Shown here piece after piece: positions 52,101 to 61,100 of a stretch of DNA of 64,000 nucleotides (positions within the stretch are counted from its first letter, which is position 1; each line of letters opens with the position of its first letter). Source of the stretch: Octopus sinensis. Its lineage: Eukaryota. A model generated the notes under the pieces. The model did not search any database, was not told the DNA's origin, and saw only the letters and a program-made list of their open reading frames with translations. Location of the stretch: the NCBI RefSeq assembly GCF_006345805.1, contig NC_043013.1, forward strand, positions 24,056,001 to 24,120,000, in the 5' to 3' direction. A program made the position numbers and the translations under genes.

Positions 52101-55100
52101 TTCTAGCAGTTGGAGTGACTACTTTAAAGTACCCTCTTTAGCTTGATGTATGCCTGTGGATTCTAAGGGTGACTACAGCAGTGAAAGGCAAGATGGTCGA
52201 GGCATATCAGCTTCTGTTCTATGAGATATACAATTTTGTCTTTTTCTAATTCTTTTTCCTATTTTTCTGGCCATGATGCTAAATCATATCAACAGAGTAC
52301 CATATGGAACTTGATGTACCGAGAAGTATTTGACACATTATTGAACTGAAGAGCAGCATATTTACTACATGCGTAGTACAAACGAGACCCAAACTTTTTT
52401 CAGGTTTAATGTTCCAGTTAAATTTTCCAGCTGACAAAACACATTTTGTTGTTATCTGACTGACTAAAATGACAAATGTTTTTTTTTTCTTTCTTTTGAC
52501 CAGGTCTTTTATGTATGGTTTGATGCTCCTATTGGCTACATCTCCATCACAGCGAATTATACTGAGAAATGGGAAAAATGGTGGAAAAATCCATCTCAGG
52601 TGGGTACTGACTAACTAATAATAATAATAATCATCATCATCATCATAATTTAGCATCCTTTGTCCATGCTGGCATGGGTTGGACAGTTTGACCAGAGCTG
52701 GCTAGCTGGAAGGCTGCTCCAGACTCCAGTCTGATTTGGCATGGTTTTATGGCTGGATGCCCTACCGAATGCCAACCACTCCAAAAGTGTAATGGGTGCT
52801 TTTACGTGCCATTTGCATGACACCAGTATCTGCCACAAATGCAATTTTACTTGGCTTGATGAGTGATCTTCTCAAGCACAGTATAATGCCAAAGGTCTCA
52901 GTCGTTGCCTCTGAGAGGCACAACACGCGAAAGGAACCCAGTCACTTTGCCTCCGTGAGGCCCACTGCTCAAAAGGAACTCACCTCCGTGAAGCCCAATG
53001 CTCGAAAAGAAAACAACCAGTTTGCCTCCATGAGGCCCAGTGCTTGAAAAGTGCTCTTTACGTGCCAGTTACATGACATGAGAATCAGTTACGACTAGGA
53101 TTTCACTTGGCTTGACGGGTCTTCTGAAGCATAGCCTATTGCCAAAGGTCTTGGTCTCTAGTCATTTCCTCTGTGAGGCTCAAAGTTCAAAGATCATGCT
53201 TCACCACTTCATCCCATATCTTCCTAGGTTGCTGGAGTCTATTTTTTCGCACATTTTCAGCGTTTATTGTACCTGTGCATCTTCCACATACAAAAGCTAT
53301 TTTCTCTGTTAGCCTTCCTCTGATATTGGTAAAACTTTTATGTGTCCAAAGCTTACACTGGGTGCGTCTTATCGTTTTCTACCTATGCGTTTTCTACAGA
53401 TTGAGCAGAGACATCTACCTGAAGGGATCTGTGATTTGTCCACTTCCTACTTACTAAGACTTTGGTTTTTGCTAGGTTAAGTCTAAGGCCCTTTGATTCT
53501 AGACCTTGTTTCCCTTCCTGGAACTTCTCTAGTTCTGGTAGTGATTCAGCTATGAGAGCAAGGTCATCTGCATAGAGGAACTCCCAAGGGCAGACTGTCT
53601 TAAATTTCTCTGTTTTTGCCTGGAGGACTATGATGAACAAGAGAGGGTTGAGGATTGATCCTTGGTGAACCCCTACTTGTACCCTGAATTCTTTGCTGTA
53701 CTTGTTGCCAACTCTTACCTTACTGACAGCATCCCTGTACATGGCTTGTACAGCTCTCACCAATCACTTGTCTATCCCTAGTTTCCACATTGACCACCAG
53801 ATAAGGGATCAGAGGACCTTGTCAAAGGCTTTCTCTAAGTCAACAAAAACCAAGTACAGAGGTTTATCTTTGGCTATGTATTTCTCCGGCAGCTGCCTTA
53901 CCAGAAATATAGCATCAGTGGTGCTTCTCCCTGGTACAAAGCCAAACTGCATCTTATCTAGACTAACTTTTTCCCTTATTAGTTGGGCTATGACTCGCTC
54001 CCTAGCATTCATCACCTGATCCAACAATTTGATACTTTTGTAATTATTTCTATCTAAGGCGTCACCTTTACCTTTGTAGCAGTTGACTATGGTGCTGCTA
54101 CAACAGTCATTGGGTATGCCTCCTTCGTGAACCACCTGATTTACAAGACTAGACCATAACCCACATAACCAGATATTTTAAGCATCTCAGCGGTGATTCC
54201 TAATGGACCAGGAGCTTTCCCTGTCTTCATATCCTTAATTGCTTTATCTACCAGGGTATTGTTGATTTGGGTAGCTGGTCCTTCACTGAGCCTTGATGAA
54301 CCTCTACCTGTACACCAAATTCTTTGCTGTACTCATGGTTAACTCTCACCTTACTAACAGTCTCTGTACATGGCCTGTACAGCCTTCACCAGCCATTTGT
54401 TAATCTCTAGCCTCCTCAGAACCCATCACATCACACAGCAGGGCACTCTATTGAAGGCTTTCTCTAGATCAACAAAGGCCAAGTATAATGGTTTATTCTT
54501 AGCTAAGTACTTCTCCTAAAGTGCCTGACTATGAAAATAGTGCCAGTAGTGCTTCTTCCCCAGACAAAGTCAAAATGCATTTCCTGTAGCCTAATTTTGC
54601 TCCTAATTAATTGGGTTATAACTCTCTTTGTAATTTTCATCACCTTGTCCAGGACTTTGATGCCTCTATAATTGCTCCTATCTAAAGCATCACCCTTACC
54701 CTTGTAGTAGCTAACAATTATGCTGCTATGCCAGTTACTGGGTATTACACTTCCCTGAATGACCTGGTTAACTATGCCGGTGACCAGCTCGTACTCAATA
54801 ATAATAATAATAATAATGATAATTTCTAACTTTGATACATGGTCACAATTTATATTTTACCTGTATCTAATTCAGTTAGCTCCAATACTTATTTTATTTC
54901 CAATGGGCCAGTCATTATTTCTCTGCATTTCTGATGGTGTAAATGATAAAGGAGCATCTGTGCAACAGGTTGGAATAACTTCTGGAAAATAATTTTTATT
55001 TGATGTACCCATACACTCACATGTACACACCCTCACCCTACACATATCTATATGTCAAACATTCTCCTACATCTCTTCCTCCTAACACCTATCCCTCCAT

Positions 55101-58100
55101 CACTCTCCTAACTGTGACAATACTCTGCTGCTGCAATTATACAAGAGCAGAATTAGTACACTCTTTTTCGCATTGCCATTTACCCCTTTCTTCCCTTGGA
55201 GCTGCTTCCTTGTCTCTCATTCTCATTATCAATCTTGTCCATACTGGTCTCCACTGATGTTCCTCTCCTCTCTGCTCTTCACCTTTGCTCTGCCATACCT
55301 CATCTTGTCTATCTCTTCTCTGCTATCATTCTTCACATCCCCTCATATCCACTGCTGTTGCCCCACTCACCTTCCCCTCACTTCATCTCCCTTTCACACC
55401 TTGCACATCATCTCTCAACTCTTCTCTCCCAATGTCTTCTTAATTCCTTCTTCCCAATCCACTTCTATCTCTCCTCCTCCTCCTTTCCCCATCAACCACA
55501 CCACCCTTGTTCATTACTCTCTGACATCTCCACCCCTGTCTCTAACCATCAGTTACCCTCCTTACTGTCACATCCTCATCCACCTATCCCCCCCCCTTAT
55601 ATTATGGAGGCTGGCCATGTTTCTCCTCTTACAGCAACACACTTGTTGTGCTTGTCCTACCATACTTTCAGCATTCAACATAAAGCCATTTCCCCACTCT
55701 CTTGAAACAACTCACTCGAGGAGCAAGGGGTGGGGTGGGGGGTGTGGTTCCTTTTTTTGTTTTTCTGCCTCTTCTTTTGTCACCTTCTCACTAGTGCTGC
55801 TATCATTAAAATGTCACCACTTTACACACAATAAAGTGATTGGTGTTAAGAAAAGCATCCAGTTATAGATACTCTGCTAAAGCTAACATTGGAAATTTAT
55901 AATAATAATAATAATAATACCTGTTGACATAGGTGCCCTGGGAATGATAGCGAAAGGGGCTGATTGCTACCTAACTCAGATACCAGGAAACCCCAAAATG
56001 GCAGAAATTTAAAAGATAGTGCTCATGGGAACTGCTCATATCCTACGCAAAATACTCTCTATGTAATCCCAAGGTTTAAAACAAACTTTTTTTTTTTTTA
56101 AATTTATGTATTAGACATTCACTAGTACAACACAAAAAAAAACTAAACAAATATATGGCACACTAGGCATAACAACAACGTGAACTTCCAACCTGTTGTC
56201 TCTTGAGGTCTCTGGGTGAGACTTGGAGCCAACTTGTACAGACATAAAGCAAAAGTCAAACATAGAATAATAATAATAATGAAATTATTGTATACAGTGC
56301 TCAGGTGCACCACTTGTCAAAAGTGCATATAAAGCATTTGCAGTAATGTACAAATGCCTGGAAAGTGAACAGTGTATGAGTCAGATACATGCTTGCGTGT
56401 GTATGGAGGGGGAGAAAATCAGGTGTAGTGTTGGCGAATCTCAGGAAGCATGGAAGTTTTGAAGGATGTAGTGCTCCGACAACTAACAACTGATGCCGGC
56501 AGTTTGTTCCATGCTTCAGCAACTCTTAGCGTGAAAAAATGTTTCCAAAAGTTGCGGTCCTGCAGCTGAAAGATCCTCTCAAGCTGTCCAGTCCATGCCA
56601 GCCAGCATGGAAAACGGCTGTTAAAGGATAAACTATCATTTCGTGGCAGAAACGTTAGCGCGCCGGGTGAAATGCGTAGCCGTATTTCGTCTGCCGTTAC
56701 CTTCTGAGTTCAAATTCCGCCGAGGTCGACTTTGCCTTTCATCCTTTCAGGGTCGATAAATTAAGTACCAGTTACGCACTGGGGTCGATATAATCGACAT
56801 AATCCGTTTGTCTGTCCTTGTTTGTCCCCTCTGTGTTTAGCCCCTTGTGGGTAGTAAAGAAATGTATCATTTCGTGTAGATGTTAGTTTATACATTCTGT
56901 GTGAAAAAGAATGTTGTTGAATGTAAACTGAAATTCTATTTACTTAAAAAAATTTTTTTTTTTATAACAGGTACAAATGTATAATTTCTTAGGTAAAGAC
57001 AATGTACCCTTTCATAGTGTTATTTTTCCTGCCACATTGCTGGGTGCTAACCAAAATTATACTCTGGTTGACAGTGTCCTTGCTACAGGTGAGTGACGAG
57101 TTTCGTTTCATTATTCTTGTATTCCAAAGAGAAAATTAGCTTCAAGCAAACCAAGACTAATTTACTCTTGGTTCCTGTTTATATTTGTTTGTTTATACTC
57201 CCCCCCCCATGCCCAATGCTTCAATTTGATAATTAACAATTTATTTGCATCTTGATATGTTTTTATCCTCATTAATTTGACTTTTTATCAACTCATCCCT
57301 ATAAAAACTGGCTTCTTGATTTGTTACCAGGCTAAATGCTTGGTGTCATTTCATCTGTCTTTACATTCTGGGTTCAAATTCCACTGAGGCCGGCTTTGCC
57401 TTTCATCCTTTTGGGGTCAATAAAACAAGTAACAGTCAAGTGGTGGGGGTCGATGTAAACATCTATCTCTCTCTCTCACAAAATTTCAATCCATGTGCCT
57501 ACTGGAGAAAGAATTCTTATTAAGATGACAAACTGGTAGCATCATTACTGTGCCAGACCAAAAATGTTTGGCAGCATTTTGTCTGTCTTTATTTTGTGTG
57601 TTTGAATGGCTGCTGAATTCGGGTTTACCTTTCATCTTTTGAGGACAGGGGTAGATGTAATTGACTGCCCCCCCACTCAAAATTGCTGGCTTTTTGCCTA
57701 TAGTAGAAAGAATTATTATTATTATTATTGTGTGAGAGAGCAGTGCATGCCATCAAAGTGTCACTGGGGTACTAATATACAAAGCCCATCATAACTACTT
57801 GATAGATAAGGGTACACCAGGCGCATGCATCACATCCATATGTGCGCAACATGGTGATCTCACATCAAGATAAACAGTGCATGACCTTGCAAATGGGGCC
57901 CTGTTAGAATTTTCTTCTGGTGGAGTAACCCATCCCGCTCAAAAGGTCACTGAATAAGGATTGTTTATGGATGTTGAACGAAAAACCTGTTTCCAGAGGT
58001 GAATTATTCAAATCCCAAAGAATTCTTCTCAACACATGGCTATGATGCTCCCCCACTACTGCTTGTGATCAGAGATGCACATATCATCGTCAGCCACCAA

Positions 58101-61100
58101 GGGACATGCTCAACTGGTTAAGGTATATTTACTGTAGACCCATCTTTTTATACCAAGACAAAACAATGTACATGATAATACTTCCAATCAATTAAGATCA
58201 GAAGCCATGAGAACCAGTGTCTGGTACTGCATCAAGGCTTTTGATATTATTTTTATGGCCTTCGATAATGTGCCATGCTGTGGATGTGGTAGGCTCTGAG
58301 GAGGCTAGGGATTGATGAGTGGCTGATGAAAAGTGTACAGGCCATGTACAAACACACTGCCCAGCAAGGTGAGAGTTAACCATGAGTACAGCGAACAATT
58401 TGATGTACAGGTAGAATTTCATCAAAGCTCAGTCCTTAGTCCACTCCTTTTCATATTTGGTCCATCAGGCCATAGCAGAGAAATTAAAGACAGGCAGTGC
58501 TTGGGAACTCTCATAGCAGATTTCATATCAGAACTAGATGAGAAATTCTAGGTGTGAAAGCAAAACCTGGAATCTAAGGGTCTTAAGGTTAACTTGGAAA
58601 AGACTAAGATCCTAGTAATCAAGGAAACTGACAGGACCCTACCTACGTCAGGTAGGTGGCCCTGCCTAATTTGTAGGAAAGGTGTAAGCAGGAACTCCAT
58701 ACAGTGTACCCAGTGTGAGCTATGGACACACAAGAAGTGCAGTGGATTGATAGGAATTATTATTAGGGAAGATAGTTTTCGTATGTGGAAGATGCACAGG
58801 ATCCATAAAACCTTTAGAAACTCGGGAAACTGATCTGTCAAAAGCCTTGGTGGCTCATTAGAGGTAGGAGATAATTTCTGCTACCTAGGGGACCAAATTA
58901 GTAGTGGAGGAGGATGCAAGAAGAGTGTGGTAGCTAGGATAAGAATAGGATGGAGGAAATTCAGAGAGGTGTTGGTCTTGAAAGGTTTCTCTCACTGAGT
59001 GAAAGGAAGATTGTATGATGCATGTGTATAGAGACAGCAGTTCTATATGGTAGGGAGACATGAGCCCTGAATGTAGAAGATGTGATGGTTAGAAAGGAAC
59101 GAGGCCAGTATGCTCTGCTGGATGTGTAATGTAAGTGTACATGTTCAACAGAGTGCCAGTGTTTTGAGAGAGAAGTTAGGCATAAGAGGAATTAGTTGCA
59201 GTGTGCAAGAGAGAAGACTGTGCTGGTGTGGTCATGCGATGTGGAAGGATGCTGACAGCTCCTTAAAGAAGTGTGGATCTCTCAAAGTGGATGGAACACT
59301 TGGAAGTGGGAGACTCATGAAGACATGTGAGGAAATACTGAAGAATGACCTCAGGATGCTGAACCTTTCAGGCAAGATGACAAAGGACCAAAATGCCTGG
59401 TGCCTTGTGCTCACGAAGACCTGTACACTGCAGCAGAAATGTTAGAACCAGTCCTTCTGGTGTTGTAAAGCTCTTGTGGTGGTACCACATAAAAACAGCC
59501 ATGCAGTGCTGTGTTAAGGTGACCGTGTGGTGCTACTTAAAAGTGCCTCTGCTGTGCCATATAAACACACCTGGCAAAAACTCTGTCAAGTGGCTGGCTT
59601 TAGGAAGAGCATCCAGCCGTAGGAACGATGCCAAATCAGACTGGATCCTGGTGCAACTCCCCAGCTCTGGTCAAACTGTCCAACCCTTGTCAGCCTGGAC
59701 AACAGATGTTAAATGATGATGATGATAGTGCAAAGTGAAGCGAGTGGATGCATATGACCAAAAAGATTTGCTGATGAGATCTCATAAGACTGAAATATAT
59801 TCGTAGTTGGCTCTGTACTATCAATGCTCAGATCAAATTCATTCCCCCACAGCATTTCATATTTAATTAATTTTAATTAATCTTTATCCCTCATTGCATC
59901 TTTGTATGTTGTCCTAATATATTGCAAATCTCAATCTCTAACACATACAGTGATAGGTTTTGATAGATTTCAATCATGGAGACTGCAGAATTTTATTGAT
60001 AAGTGGATGGCAGTGGCACACATGAGCGGGCAGAACGCTATTGTTGTGTAGCCCTAAGTCAACTTTTATTGGATAGAGTTTTGATCTAAGATTTTCCAAC
60101 TGTGACCATCTTGTCTTTTAGTGTCTCTCTCTCTCTCTCTATTTTTTTTTTATGGACTGCTGGGTATGTTATCTTTTGCTGGCTGAGCAGCTGACTAGAG
60201 TTAGGATGTTGTTTTAACTAAAATGAATCAAGCTTGGAGGCATTTTCCTGAAACCATGTTCATTGTGACAAGATTAAAGGCTCACTGATCATTATTTACA
60301 TGTTTTATTAATTTTTTCATCGCTGTTTGATGATTTACTTCAGAATACCTTAATTACGAAGATGGAAAGTTTTCCAAGAGTCGTGGCGTTGGTGTGTTTG
60401 GTAATAATGCAAAAGATACTGGAATACCTGCTGACATCTTCCGCTTTTATCTTGTCTACATGCGTCCAGAATCTCAAGTGAGTTGATCCTTCTTATATAT
60501 GTTTTCTTTTCAGAAAAAAATTTCTTAATAATCTCAGGTTAGACATCCATGAAATGCTAACCTTATAGTTAGAGATTAAATTTTTAGAAATATTTACATC
60601 TGCATTGGTGTTTGACCATCATAATAACCTGATTTCTGCCTACATACAGTGAATTAGTAAAAAGGTGTTGAGTGGAAAGCTGGGTGTTAATGGAATGGGT
60701 TGTTGTGTGCAAGAAAGAAGCTTGCTCTAGTCTGGTCATGTGATGTTAATTAATTAACGATAGCCATATAAAGTACTCTAGGGTATTCAATCAATTCGTT
60801 CTACCAATGTTCTAATGTCAAAAGAAACTTGTTGCTGTTTTTGTTTAGCCCAAGGTCATCCCTGATTGAGCTGACCTTTAGTTAGAAGTATTTCAACTAT
60901 GAGTAACTCTCCTGTCATTTTGTATTCTGGCAAAAACATCTACGTTCAATGTGTCCTTCTATTTTCAAGAGAAATTTGATTGCTATTTGTTGCAGGTTGA
61001 GTGACTGCATACAGTGTTCATTATAAGTTCATTAAATTAATATTTGTGATGTAAGGAACTTTGATGAAGTTTACTCGGCAAGACAGATTTCCATTCTATA

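Noticed and set aside
55173-55868. Longest ORFs in the track (231 aa, 169 aa)
   Set aside because: Pyrimidine-rich low-complexity sequence is naturally poor in stop codons; no domain signal or splice support.
56646-56725. tRNA gene candidates (A/B-box-like heads here and at 354-430, 63700-63765)
   Set aside because: They continue into SINE cores and tails, recur as dispersed copies, and I cannot fold a full cloverleaf.
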